Below are positions 50,401 through 62,998 of a stretch of 64,000 nt of DNA, in pieces. The translations under genes and the position numbers were made by a program. Location of the stretch: assembly GCA_964270895.1 (NCBI GenBank), contig OZ185435.1; one strand, given 5' to 3'. A model generated the notes under the pieces. It searched no databases. It saw nothing but the letters and a program-made list of their open reading frames with translations, and was not told where the DNA came from. Source of the stretch: Podarcis filfolensis (taxonomy: Eukaryota). Numbering within the stretch: the stretch's first letter is position 1; each line of letters begins with the position of its first letter.

Positions 50401-53400
50401 AACAGTGATCTAGTCTCTCTTGTGGTGACTGGGTTGCTTATTCTTTTGGGGATCCAGAGTTAATGGCTGTATGATAAGACCTCCCCAGCTTTTGTTGTCA
50501 TTATTATACATCATTTTTATTGTGCTTTTGCACTGAATGATTTACCACCATTATTTTTCACTCAGTTTGAATGCATTGGAGAAGACCTGTTGCTAAGGAG
50601 GAGTGGGGTTTACATGGAAAGCAAGATCATATAACAGAAGTTGTACAAAAGAAGTTGACACATATCCTTCTAGAACACTAAACAAGGCAGAATGTTGGTC
50701 TCCTAAAGCTTTGAAGGCAGTGAAGTATTATAGTGCACATGTATGACCTTGAAATTTGCTCTCCTAGAACACATCATAGCTCACATATCTCCACCTACTG
50801 ACATGAGCACTGAATTCACTCCTTTTCTGCTCCTCCATCTCTTTCTCTCTCTTGCCATCACTTCTTCCATCTGAGTTCCCCTGTGCTGTTATGCTTCATA
50901 AGAAACAGAAACCTTTCAGGCCTAGCTACCTTCTGGATCTTTCTGCCTGGCACCATGGCCCCGTGGTCTTTCTTTACAGCAGGAGTGGGCAAGCAGAGAG
51001 TCACATGTGGTGGTGACTAGACACTCAAGGACCGCTTGTCAGTGGGCATGGCCCCTTGGCACATTCTCTCTTTCTCACATACATACACAAACAAACGTAG
51101 TAACACCCTGTCTCATACTTCTTCATCCTCATCTGATTTTTCTACTTGCTCTGCTTTAACACAAGGGACCATGCTGCACCCAGGTAATAAGAAACACAGA
51201 AAGGTGTATATTTGTAATTGGGCTATAATCCTATGCACACACCTATCTGGAAGTAAGCCCCATCAATGGCACTTGCATCTTAATAGACATGCATAGGATG
51301 AGACTGCTTCAGCCTCACACTCTATGCCTAAGATTTGCCTACCCTTCAGTCTTTCCTGGAAAGTCACAAAGGCTTGTTATTACCCTTCCCCCCTTTTTTT
51401 CTTTCTTATAAACTTCTTTCCTTTATATTCACACTTCCCCCACCACCGCCACCATTTGCTGCCCTTCATAGCACATCTTGGTTTGATAGTTAAACATGTG
51501 AGGGTCTTTTCTGCTACCTCTTCCACAGCCCTCAACCAGTGAGTTTGCCCTCATGCTGAACAACTTTGCACACAGTCTTACATGAACTCATGTTAAGGGA
51601 CCATCATTTTTCACCTACCCAGAGGCCAGTTTACTTGCCAATATTGCACTGTGTTTATTTAATTACATCTCTTTTGGGGATTATTACCCCACTCTTCATT
51701 AACATTTCCATAGCAACTTTACAAATTTCAAAGCCTAGTTAAATAAATTAAAAACATACAAATCAAAACATTAAACAAACGAAAATCGCTAGGAGCAGTA
51801 TAAAAAATAGAAAACCCGGTCAATATAAAGCACATCAAACTATATTAGAACCTGAGAAAAAAATTAAAGGTTGCCAAAATGACTTCATGCAAGGATACTT
51901 GGGGAGAGCATTCCAGTCATGGTGCCACCACTAAGAAGGCCCTTCCCTTCATAGCACCCTCCCTCAGATAGTGGGTATTAAAACCGGGGGTGGGGGGCAG
52001 TTAAACGACTCCCCAAAAATCCCAAGTCCCCACCACAGCCTCGAACTAAGGCCAGGACAATGAGCCAGACTAATCTCCTTCACTGTTTACATAAGCACCA
52101 TCCATGCACAACAGCAAAGCGGCTCAGAAAAGCAGTCTATAAAATTGTAGCAATAAATTGTACAATATATTGTACTGTTTCCTCTGACTATCCAATATAG
52201 AAAATTGTAGGAACTTCAAATAATCACCAAAATTCAACGGTTTGACCGATTTCCTTGGTTCCAATGGCCAATGACTCCTCTGGAAGAGGGGAATCCAGGG
52301 CTCACCCTGCCTCCATAATTCCTTAAACATATGGTCACTTATTCTTGCCTCTCCGTAAGGTGTTGAACTTAGCCTTACTATAGGAGGCAAGAGGCAATCA
52401 AGGGCAGAATCTCATTAGGATGGTGGATTGAATCCTGAGACTTTCAAAGGAGAAGTGCAGGAAACCTTTGCAGCTAGGGGGATGTGTAAATACTTTTATT
52501 GTTCTTTGCGGAAGAGGGTAGTTAAAAGTTGTTGGGAACTGGAATGATTGACAGGGGTGGGTGACAGTTTCATGTTTCTGCATGCCAACCACTCCTCTTT
52601 CATGACATTTTGATGATCATGTGAGTGACGTATTATGGGAAAGCTGGGAAAGTTTCAGAAGTCTGCGCAGCCCCATGCTCTGGGTTCTTTCTCTTTTTGC
52701 GTTTGAACCTTGGTTGCAACAAATAAAGATCAGGTCCACTGACCACTGATTTGCTTCTGTAACTTGGATGGAGACTCCTTCTTTGCTGACCAGAGGGACC
52801 CGTGGGGAGTGGCACCCCAACGAGCTGGGTTGTGGAGTAAGTCCTGTACCCCAGGATTTTTTCCTTAACAGTGGGGGAACCCAGAGAAGGACCTCTGTTG
52901 AAGATCTTAGCATATAGATACTATGAAGAGCTTTAAAGGTTAAAAAACACCACTTTGAATTGAGCCTGGAAACTGACCAGAAGCCAGTGGTGTGTATTGT
53001 TTAGGGGGCATAATATAAATGATCTGATTGGAAAAGCAGTTGTTAAGTCTACATTTCTAGTGAATTTTCTTCCTTTGTGTGTCATATATACGGCAGCCTA
53101 TCTTAAAATAACATGTCATCTCTCTATGACTTTATCCATTCAAGAAACTTAGTTACTTCAGGAAAGAGCACTCCTGAAATGCTACAAGTGCTGATTGCAG
53201 GTATTGGTCTGCAGATATCCCATTTTTCCTTACTGCTTTATACCTCTGCTGCAGATATTAGATGTTCCAAATTCTTCTTCTACAGCAGTTTGTCATGGGG
53301 CAAAAGATATGAGCAGGTAGATTTGTCCTCCAGGCGTAATATCTCAAAGGGTTCCTCCAAGCTGGTGTTCAGTTATGGGTGTATTCTGCAACATGTTCTT

Positions 53401-54179
53401 GACACAGCAACAGTGCATTTTGTGGTGGATTTATTTTGCTTTATTCTTTCTGGGACGCTTCCCCAATGCTAGCACATTATTGCTGTCTGGAGGGCCTGTA
53501 GCGCTATGAAAGGGTCCCTGCCAAAAAATTATTTGGGTATGAAAATTTAGGAGAGGCCCTGAAATGTTTGGAGGGGAAACATTTCTGAGGCACAAGTGTG
53601 GTGGGTAGTAGGGCATTTTTAGTCCTAACTGTGTGGTATCACAGAACATTGTTAGTTTCTTTTAAGTCTAGCACAGGCGAAAAAGGTATGCTTGAGTTCA
53701 GAAAGCAGCCGAGGACTTTTCTGGCACTCGGCTGGTCTCCATTAGTGCAGTTGTTGCTGGCTTTAAAGGGTTTGGGATTCTTTTGATGATAATGTGTATT
53801 ATTTCCACTTACGTCAAAACCTGTATTCCTTACCTGTATTCAAAACCTGGTAAGTCATCCCTGCCATGTTTGGGAGCCCTACTACTGAATGAGGCCCTCA
53901 ACTTCTCCCCTAAAGTCCTCCTTTCACTGCTGTCCTTTGCAGCCACAACTCAAGATGTGGATCTGGAGAAAGTATTGCTCTGTATGTTTGCACGCACCAC
54001 CTTGGGGCACTAGAGATTGAAATCATCTCCCCTGTTTTAGTGTACTTTCGCATGTAATGCCATAAAAGCCTTCCTGTCTGGGATGCGTCACTTTTGAATA
54101 CTGCTAATAGAAGAGAGGGTGTTTTTAATTGAACGTATGTTCTAGTCAGCTTTGATACAACCTCTTTGCAATGTCGGAG

Positions 54180-54440
54180 CACCGTTGTTCCGCGAAGGTC
54201 TGGACTGTTTTATGATTCACATTTCCCACTTCTAGTTTATGGCCGCGGCTTCTATATGGTAGTGGAACCCTCCCTGTGGAACGCCCTCCCTTCAGATGTC
54301 AAGGACATAAAGAACTACATAACTTTTAGGAGACATCTGAAGGCAGCCCTGTGTAAGGAAGTTTTTTATGTTTAATATTTTACTATGTTTTATATATGCT
54401 GTAAGCTGCTCAGAGTGGGGTATAAATATTATTATTATTA
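54180..54440 (+). mobile_element. L2 LINE 3' end
   Basis: RGFYMVVEPSLWNALP...FRRHLKAAL followed by gtaagctgctcagagtggggtataaatattattatt. Confidence 0.8.
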
Positions 54441-54858
54441 CTGTTGTTGTTGTTTCTACTCGTCAGCTGCAGTGCAGATTTGCTCACTAGCTAGCCGATT
54501 TAGGATTGCAGCCTTCATTTTGCCAGTGTCGTTGAGGTGAGGTCAGGCACTCTACCGCTTCCCAAATGTTAAGGGGGAGACACCAACAAAATATGGTCAT
54601 TGCTCACAGCTCCAATATTGGTTCCAACTTCTTGTGCTATATTGTAAGTTCTGGCAGCCGGGGGGCCTCCTAAAAGATTCGCACACCCCCTTTGCAACCT
54701 ACCATGACTTAAAACAATGCTTGTGTGAAGGAAGCCATACAAAGCAGGCCCATCTTGGCCATCATTTGCTTATTTCAATGATGCCTGTTTTTATTGATGG
54801 CTTGGCATCTTCAACCCCTTTCAGTTCTGTTGGTTTGATCTGCAGGTCAGGAGGTGTA

Positions 54859-55016
54859 NNNNNNNNNNNNNNNNNNNNNNNNNNNNNNNNNNNNNNNNNN
54901 NNNNNNNNNNNNNNNNNNNNNNNNNNNNNNNNNNNNNNNNNNNNNNNNNNNNNNNNNNNNNNNNNNNNNNNNNNNNNNNNNNNNNNNNNNNNNNNNNNNN
55001 NNNNNNNNNNNNNNNN
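54859..55016. other. Assembly gap (158 N)
   Basis: Run of N characters. Confidence 1.
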
Positions 55017-55088
55017 TTTTGTGGTGGAGGAAAAGAGGTGGGTGGGATTGTAATAGATCTCACATACTAGGGCTGCATGGGCCCCTAC

Positions 55089-55090
55089 GT

Positions 55091-55172
<82 letters not shown>
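55089..55172 (+). repeat. Compound (GT)n(GA)n microsatellite
   Basis: About 16 GT units then 26 GA units, next to the gap. Confidence 0.97.
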
Positions 55173-55173
<1 letters not shown>

Positions 55174-55189
55174 GGGTGTGGGGGAGAAG

Positions 55190-55930
55190 GAGCGGTCCAG
55201 GACTGCAGTGGGAACCATGGCTCACTGCTCCTTGGATCCTGCCCCCAGGGTCCCCCTCGCCTCTCCAGGCTGGGCTCTTAAAGGGAAATCGTGGCGCCTG
55301 CACATGCCAAGTGACCCAGGTGAAGGAACATGTGACACCTGCTTTAATGGGCTGCCGGCTTCCTCCGCTGAACCAGGGCCAGCTCCACTCCGGCCCCCGG
55401 CCAAGCCGGCAGGGAGGGGTCACCAGAAGGCTCACCGCAGGGGGAGGCCGAGGAGCGGAGACACGGGAGAGCCACAGCGGTGGTGGAAGGATGGAGAAGA
55501 AGAGGCGGTGGGGAGGGAGTGGGAATGGGGCGAGGAGGAGGAAGGAGGAAGCCCCTCGCCGCCCCGATCCGTTTCCCCCTCGCTCTCCCAGTGCACTCCT
55601 GCCAGCTGGACACGCTCTTTCCATTAAGAGCTGGCAAGGCTACGCAGGGAGAAACCCCCCTCCCCTCCTCTTCTCTTCTTCGCCTCCTTCCATTCCCGTT
55701 GCTGTTGATCCAGTACATGCAACCTCCCCCCTCCGCACCCCCATCCCGCCCACCCATTCTACTGTTAATTATTGTAAGGGGTTTGTGACATCAGAGCTTT
55801 CTTGGCCAATCGACCCTCAAAGTGCCGTAGTGTAATTTGCATGTTGCCCTCCTACTGGCCGCGTAGCAGAAGCGGGCAAGATCGGTGGGCAAAGTCTCAC
55901 CCCGTTGGGTAAAGAAACAAGGAGCGTAAA
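55190..55930. promoter_or_regulatory. CpG/GC-rich island (alternative promoter or enhancer)
   Basis: GC- and CpG-rich, with ccaat at 55806 and 55933 and octamer atttgcat at 55835-55842. Lies directly after the assembly gap and the (GT)n(GA)n repeat. Confidence 0.55.
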
Positions 55931-58900
55931 ATCCAATAGGGTAACCAGCAGACTTTTTTTTTTTTTTTGCATGCTGCCGGGTCCTTCCCTAATAGCCACA
56001 CACACCAACTAACTTTCAGCATCCTTTTTAGCGGTCAGAGTTGCCTAACAAGACTTCTTCTCGTGCAGCCCTGTATGTGTTTTCTTGGAAGGTGGAGTAC
56101 ATCCTTTTGAGATTTACTCCCAGGTAAACGTGCATGTATGGTAAATTGCAGCCTCAGCAAGTCAGTCTACTAAGCTGCGCGCTGCATTGTTTTGGGATCC
56201 CTCTTAATATTTCAGCCAGGACCAATAACCCCAGAAAGATGGCACTGCATTATGCTTGCTGACATGGAACTGATCCGAGTCAGCTGCTTTCTATAAAGAA
56301 CTACTGTGTTAACATAGTTAGGGATCATTGTGTAAAGAAACTGTACCCCTGTGCTTATCTGTGCCATTCAGATTGGCTTGGGATACAGCTACCACTCCCC
56401 CCCCAAAAAAAAACCCCAACCCCACCAGCCCCGTATCTTTAGCAGCAACCTGAAACATAAATTTAACAGGTGACATGGAGTGATGGGGGAAGCTTTATGT
56501 GCTAAATTTCTGTGAGCTCAGATGATGATAAAAGACTTAAAAGCAGAGCCAGCAAAAAAATAAAAAAAAAGGTGGCAACCCTGCCTGGGGCTAAAGAGCT
56601 ATTTCTGTGGAAGCACATATAACATATACCAGAAATTTCTTTGGGTACAAAAAGTTGGGTACATTTCATTGTCTGTTTGATCATATGAAGTTGTGAGGCT
56701 CTTTAGGAAATGACCTGCCTTCTGCTTCTTTCTAAAGTGCAAGTTTACATAATTATTCATTTCTATTTATTTATAAGATTTCTTATCCACTGCTCACCAT
56801 CAGGTTACAAAAATAAAATATAAAATTAGACTGTGTACGCACCATACATTAAAGGCACACCAACGCAAATAATTGTAGTTTACCCCTCATGAAGCTACAA
56901 TTCCCAGTATTTTCAACAAACTACAATTTCCAGGATTATTGGGGTTTGGGGGGGTGTTCTTTAAATGTATGCAGCCTTACAAAAACAGATGAAACCTTTA
57001 CAATGATAAAACTTATAAAAACCATTTCAAATAGAACATAATGATACAAATTCAGCATTCAGGTAAAGAGGTGTGTTATCTAAGAGCCCTGGGAGGGGCC
57101 ACCCATGAGGTTTTCTGTACCCCTCCTTTTAAAACCATCATATATTTTTACCCTGCTTAGACTGAGAGTGGTCTGCTGAGCATGCAACAAAGCACAGTGC
57201 CATGGAGGACCATGGGAAATTTATGCCACAGGCCTGTGCCTGTAAGTCCTTTAAGTGCCTAGAAACGCCCCTTGTTGTTCTCCCTTCAGCTTGCTTGCCC
57301 TGATTCCTGCTGTCACTCACACCACCAAGGGTTAATAACATCCAGGTCTAATTAGGGTAAAGTGCAAAGGAGATTTCAGGATGCACCAAGGGCTCCAGGG
57401 ACAAAGAAAATATACAATATTTTTGTATGAAAATATAAAAGCTGAAGAAAAGTCACACAGCTAAGAGGTGCTGCAGAAAAGAAAACACCCCCATTTTCCA
57501 GCAGCTGCTTACTCAGTCTTGACGCATATGCCACGTTCCGATCTTTGCAGGATGGGCCCGTAAGACCCATTTTCCAATAATCACTGAACACGTTCCAGTG
57601 AGCTCTTCCCCAGGCATCTAGGAGCCCCATAAAAAACATCGAGTTAGCAATGAGCATCATCCATCAAGCCCACGCAGTGGTATCAAGCCTAGCCCCTGGG
57701 GAACTAGGGGGCCCAGATCCAAGTTTCCTCTGACTCAGTTGTTTTAGAGTTGCCACCTCTTCTGGAGGGGGAGAAGGCCAGCCCGTTGCTCATATGTCAA
57801 TTAATTTGCAATTACGCAATTTTACAGGATGCTGGACTGGATGCGCCATTGGTCTGCTGCTGCAGGCTCTTCATATGTTCTTAAGTTGAGCAAGAGTGGT
57901 GATGCTATGAGAATTGATCCTACGCCCATAACACTCTAATGATGCATGTAGAATTGCTTGCTGTTGATAGCTCTTACCTGTGTGTTCCTGCCTACTTATT
58001 CCGTGAGACTAGGAGGGTTGGGAGCAAAGCTAGATGGTGAAAAACAAGCCAAATGGGAATTACAGTTGTTTGTAAACTTGGAGCCCTCTGAGCAATTGGA
58101 GAAAGGAGCCTTGGACCATGTTTCAGACCCAATGACTATTTAATCTGCCATTGGCAAAAACCTTGTTCGTATAGCACTGAGCAGAACTGTGTGTATGTTT
58201 ATATGCCTGTGATTGCTGCCCTATATATCACATGCCTCTCACTTCCAGCTACTACTATGGTTCCTTCTATAGCTCAGTGGCAACGGGGCCTGAATTTTGG
58301 AGAAGCAAGAGAGATTGAGTTTGATCACGGCTGCTACCCTGATGGATTCCAGATGTTCATGATTTCACTAACATATACATAGAAGTCACTTCCCATACCA
58401 ATACAGTTCAGGCACATCTTAAGAGCACCACAGCTAGTTGTTAAACAGGGATACCTTTTCCCCAGTTGCTCCCGAAGGTACTTCCTGGTGATTTGTTCGT
58501 GGAGCATTCATTCAGATTTGCTTGCAGGGAGATTAGCATTGGGCTTTTTAAATGAGCATTCATTCAGATTTGTTTGTGAGGAGCTCTGGCAAACCTACAT
58601 CAAAGCAAGTGTTTCATTTTCTTGTCATTTTCCTGACAAGAAATCACAAAAAGTCAGGTCTTTGTGGGAAGCGGGTTTGTTGTATAATAATATAATAGAG
58701 CAAGCTGAATTTGCCAGCATGCAATTGCTTGCATCTCATCTGAAAAGAGCAACAGTCTGGAAGTGCTCTGAATTGTGGATGAGATACTAGAGTTCTTACC
58801 TGTTTACGTGTGGGTGGCTGGGTGTAGCCACATACACAAGCACCTATATGTATTTGTTGATGCTCCCTATCAGTTTACAAACTGGAATAAACTTTACACC

Positions 58901-59272
58901 CAACCTAATAGCTGCAATTATTGCCTCAACTTTCTAAGATTCTGTGTGACATTACTGAATCTTTACTGTAGTCTATCTTGTTTTACCCTGACTGAGTCAG
59001 CCTCTCAGTTCATTGACTAGCTGAATCTATTGAGGGTGGGGAGAATATTATTTTAGTATAGGAAATGCATACCCTCCAACATTTCTCTGTTGAAAATAGG
59101 GTCGTCCCTTTCCATAATGACCATTAAACTATTTATACTCCACACATCTTACTGGGTTGCCGCAGGCACTCTTTGCAGCCTCTAACATATATAAGAACAT
59201 AATAAAATATTAAACATTAAAAAACATCCCTATACAAGATTGCTTTCAGACGGCTCGGAGGCCAGAAAACTC

Positions 59273-59404
59273 CATACCCTCCAACATTTCTCCAATGAAA
59301 GACATCCTAAGGAAAAGTGGGACATTCTGTGATGAAATCAGAAACCAGGACAGCTTCTCTAAATCAGGGATGTCCCTGGAAAATAGGGACACTTGGAGGG
59401 TCTG
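59273..59404. mobile_element. hAT-like MITE (cataccctccaa family), with a second partial copy at about 59068-59110
   Basis: Inverted termini cataccctccaa ... ttggagggtctg. Confidence 0.65.
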
Positions 59405-60746
59405 GGAAATGCCTTAAGGTTTCAGGACATCATAACAGCATTTATGCACAGTGACAGGCATATTCAAGAGTGGGTTTAGTGTTAGGATAAGTCTTTGTCA
59501 AGGGATGTAATTAACAATGAAGGGCACATTAAACAAAAAAAGCACACCAACACTCCTTTGCATCTGTGCTCTGGACAGTAGTGTAACTAGGATGTTGGGA
59601 GAGGTATCCCAACACCAGACACATGATCTAGGAGGGCAGAAGATTGGGTGCTGCCAATGGCATGTAGTTTATAATAGCTTCACACATTCAAAGATCATCT
59701 TCACATTTATTTAGTTATCAGCAAATCAAAATTACCTACATGTAATTAATAAAATCATTATAAATGGTGGAATAGGTGCCACTGATTATAACTTTTCTCA
59801 TTTAATTCTAATTCTAAATTTCAGGCTCTAATTTAAAGAGAGAGTGATAGCAACACACAATACTGTATATGGTTTCCACCAGTCATGGTTATGGTTAGTT
59901 ACGACACTGGCTCTGTGCTATAGTGAAGTGAGCTGTTGATTTACGCATTCAGCTGATTTCTTAGTAAACTTCAGGTTTGCACAGCACAAATCCTGTTGGC
60001 CCACTGTTCCCCCTTTTCCATTTGTTCCCTCCTGAAGTAATTCCTATGGCTTGTGGCCATTTTCACTTTCTGTATGGAGTCATCTAAGAGCCACACAGAT
60101 ATGTGCCATTCGCATGGAAAGATAATGTGACTGTCTGCACATAGCTTGTTAAGTACAGAGCCCTTTTCCTGCTTGCTGCTTACCTCCCTGCTCTCTGTGC
60201 CTTCCAGGTGCATACCTCCTCAGCCGAGCTCCAATACTGGGATTATGTTCAACTTGGGGAAAAGCATAAAATTTAACCAATGGGCAACACAACGATTTGG
60301 CTGTCCTTACCCAAGTTCACCTTTTGCTGCTAAATATTTTGTTTTCTTCATTTATTATTACATTTATACGTCACTTTTTCTCCAAGAAGCGCAAGACGGT
60401 GTGTAAGCTTCTCTCCTTTCCTCTTTTATCCTCAGAACAAACCTATGAGATAGTTTAGGCTGAGAGACAGTGACTGGCCAAGGTCACCCAGTGAGCGCCA
60501 TTGATCAATGAGAGTTTGAATTCTGGAGTCCCAAGTCCTAGTCCAATACTTGTATGCACTACACCATGCTGGCTGGTATATAGATTTCAACATCCCTCTT
60601 TTTCTGTGTCACTGGAGCAGATTTATATTTACATAACTGAATCTGCTGCCAGCGCTATAAAGTGAGGGTGGAGGTGTGAGAGGGAAAGCCAACACCCCGC
60701 CCTCTCTATTGCTTCTCTTCCCCACTCCCCAGTTCCTGCCTGCTGT

Positions 60747-60970
60747 CACTGGCGGAGGAAGAGGAGTGTGGGGGGAATTCACCGCCCCGGCAGCGCGATC
60801 CTGGTGGGGTGCCATTGCAGCTGCCCCCCCCCCCGCCCATGCTGGGTGCCACGCCCCCTCAGGCACCACACCACGCCCCCAGGATGCATGCCACACCCCC
60901 AGGACATGTGCCAGCCCCACCCCCGCCTGCTCTCTGCCCCCCAGTGCCGGAGCATAAAGCTCCACCACTG
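60747..60970. mobile_element. GC-rich hAT-like MITE with internal tandem ccacgcccccagg units
   Basis: Termini cactggcggag / ctccaccactg, with degenerate 8-bp TSD cctgctgt / cctgttgc. Confidence 0.65.
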
Positions 60971-62335
60971 CCTGTTGCAGCCAGTCATTCTACACAGCTC
61001 TGACGACTCTTCCAGAAATATTTATTTATTATTTATTTATTGAATTTATATACCACCCTATATCCATAGGTCTCAGGGTGGTCCACAACACAAAGTTACA
61101 GTATACAAAGCACAAAATACACAAATGAAAAACAATAGAAACACAATAGAAATAATCAAAACAATTAACAATACAGTACTAATGTATGCACACTAATGAA
61201 CAATACGCACTAATAAACAAGGCAGATTTCTGGGAGTGAAAGCTTTTTGACTTGTTGCTGCTGAACTTCCCGATGAGGAGGAGAGGGGAAAGGGAAAAAA
61301 TGGAAGGAAGAAAAAGAGGATATTAGGAAATGAGAAAGGAGAGAGTTTCCTGCATAATGGGCCAGGGAGAGGGGGGGAGAAGGTAGCTGAGCTATGGAGG
61401 TTCTTTAATGTTGGCAATGTCTCGAGAGAAAAGGAGGTGCACTGAAGTGACTTCTTAAGTGCACAAGCCTGGGGAGTATGTATGGAGATCCTGGGCTGCC
61501 CAGACAACAAGACCGCCCCCCCCATCTCATTGATGTGATCCAAAGGAAAGCAGAGCAATATGTTAGGTTTCTGGAAAGAGGTGTACTCAGCACCTGATTC
61601 CTATAGTGGGTAAAGAGTGGAAGACCAGGAGAACTGCAAGATGGGGATACAGAGAGATCTGTGGAGGGGGAAACAGATAAAAGGAAGTAGAAAAAATAGA
61701 GCTAGGAAGACAAAGAGAACAGTAGTAGTGGTGCACAGATTCCACATTAACTCTGGAAAAACTTTTTGTTAGAATTTTAATTCAGTGCCTTCTTTTTAAC
61801 CCGTTCTCTGTTCATTCCTCTGTGACTCTCAGCGTCCCATCTCATTCCACAGGCCTTTCTGAACATTTCTCCCTGTTAAGACTACATGTTTTCCTTCTCT
61901 CTGTTCCGTAAAACTGACTTTCTTCTCTCTGAGCATAGAATATGCTCTGGAGGCACAGAGAGGACCGCCCCCCCCCCAAAAAAAGGCCAACAGAGAAAGA
62001 GTTGTAAATGATAATGATTGATCACTATTTGATTGTTTTGATGTTGTTAGCAACCTTGGCTATTTCTATGGAAAGGTGGGATAAAAATGTTTCTAATAAC
62101 TGTCACCATAATTAATGTGCTGAATTAAAATCATAACAAAGGAAGGCTATAGGATATTCCCATGTAGGCTGTCCCTAATCTCCCTGGGGGAAACAGGGGC
62201 TACTGCAAATGTGATCAATCAAAGTAGTTAACTAACTGACAATAGATACAGTTAGAATATTTCCCTGTACATGGCAATGAAACACACTTCAAAGGGGGAA
62301 GCTGCATGCGTACTTCTTTGTAGGAAAACCAACTA

Positions 62336-62561
62336 CAGTGGTACCTCAGGTTAAGTGCTTAATTCGTTCCGGAGGTCCATACTTAATCTGAAACTGTTCT
62401 TAACTTGAAGCACCACTTTAGCTAATGGGGCCTCCTGCTGCCGCCGCGTTGCTGGAGCCCGATTCCTGTTCTTATCCTGAAGCAAAGTTCTTAACCTGAA
62501 GCACTATTTCTGGGTTAGCGGAGTCTGTAACCTGAAGCGTATGTAACCTGAGGTACCACTG
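62336..62561. mobile_element. Tigger-like MITE, same family as 11221-11446 in the opposite orientation
   Basis: TIR cagtggtacctcaggtta ... taacctgaggtaccactg with TA TSDs. The interior is the reverse complement of the 11.2-kb copy. Confidence 0.9.
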
Positions 62562-62717
62562 TACTGTCAGCGCCCCCCCCCACCGGGTATTCAAGGGTAC
62601 ACAGTACCAGAACCTCTTTTTTTGGTTAAAAACTGTGTCATTTATTGTAACAACTTCATAGTGAGTTTTCTAGAAAAAAAACACTGATTACTACTACTAT
62701 TATTCCTACTAAAATGT

Positions 62718-62781
62718 TTCTTCTTCATCTTCTTCTTCTTCTTCTTCTTCTTCTTCTTCTTCTTCTCCTCCTCCTCCTCCT
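62718..62781 (+). repeat. Compound (CTT)n(CTC)n polypyrimidine repeat
   Basis: Read directly from the sequence. Confidence 0.95.
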
Positions 62782-62850
62782 AGGCTCTATGTGCTTTAAA
62801 TTCATAAAATCTCAGTACAAAAACATGGCCCAAATACAGCACAACTTTCA

Positions 62851-62998
62851 CATAGAATCATCTAATTGTAGGGTTGGAAGGGACCTCAAGGGTCATCTAG
62901 TCCAACCCCCTGCAATGCAGAAATCTTTTGCCCAACGTGGGGCTCAAACCCACAACCCTGAGATCGAGAATTTAGTGCTCACCCAACTGAGCTATGTT
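62851..62998 (-). mobile_element. tRNA-headed SINE with CR1-derived tail
   Basis: Minus strand reads atagctcagttgg...gggtttgagccc, then gggggttggactagatgaccc...attctatg (the CR1 3' end). Tail-only relics at about 2030-2095 and 6185-6243. Confidence 0.8.

Noticed and set aside
54854-55835. 257-aa and 252-aa ORFs
   Set aside because: Produced by the N run, dinucleotide repeats and high GC.
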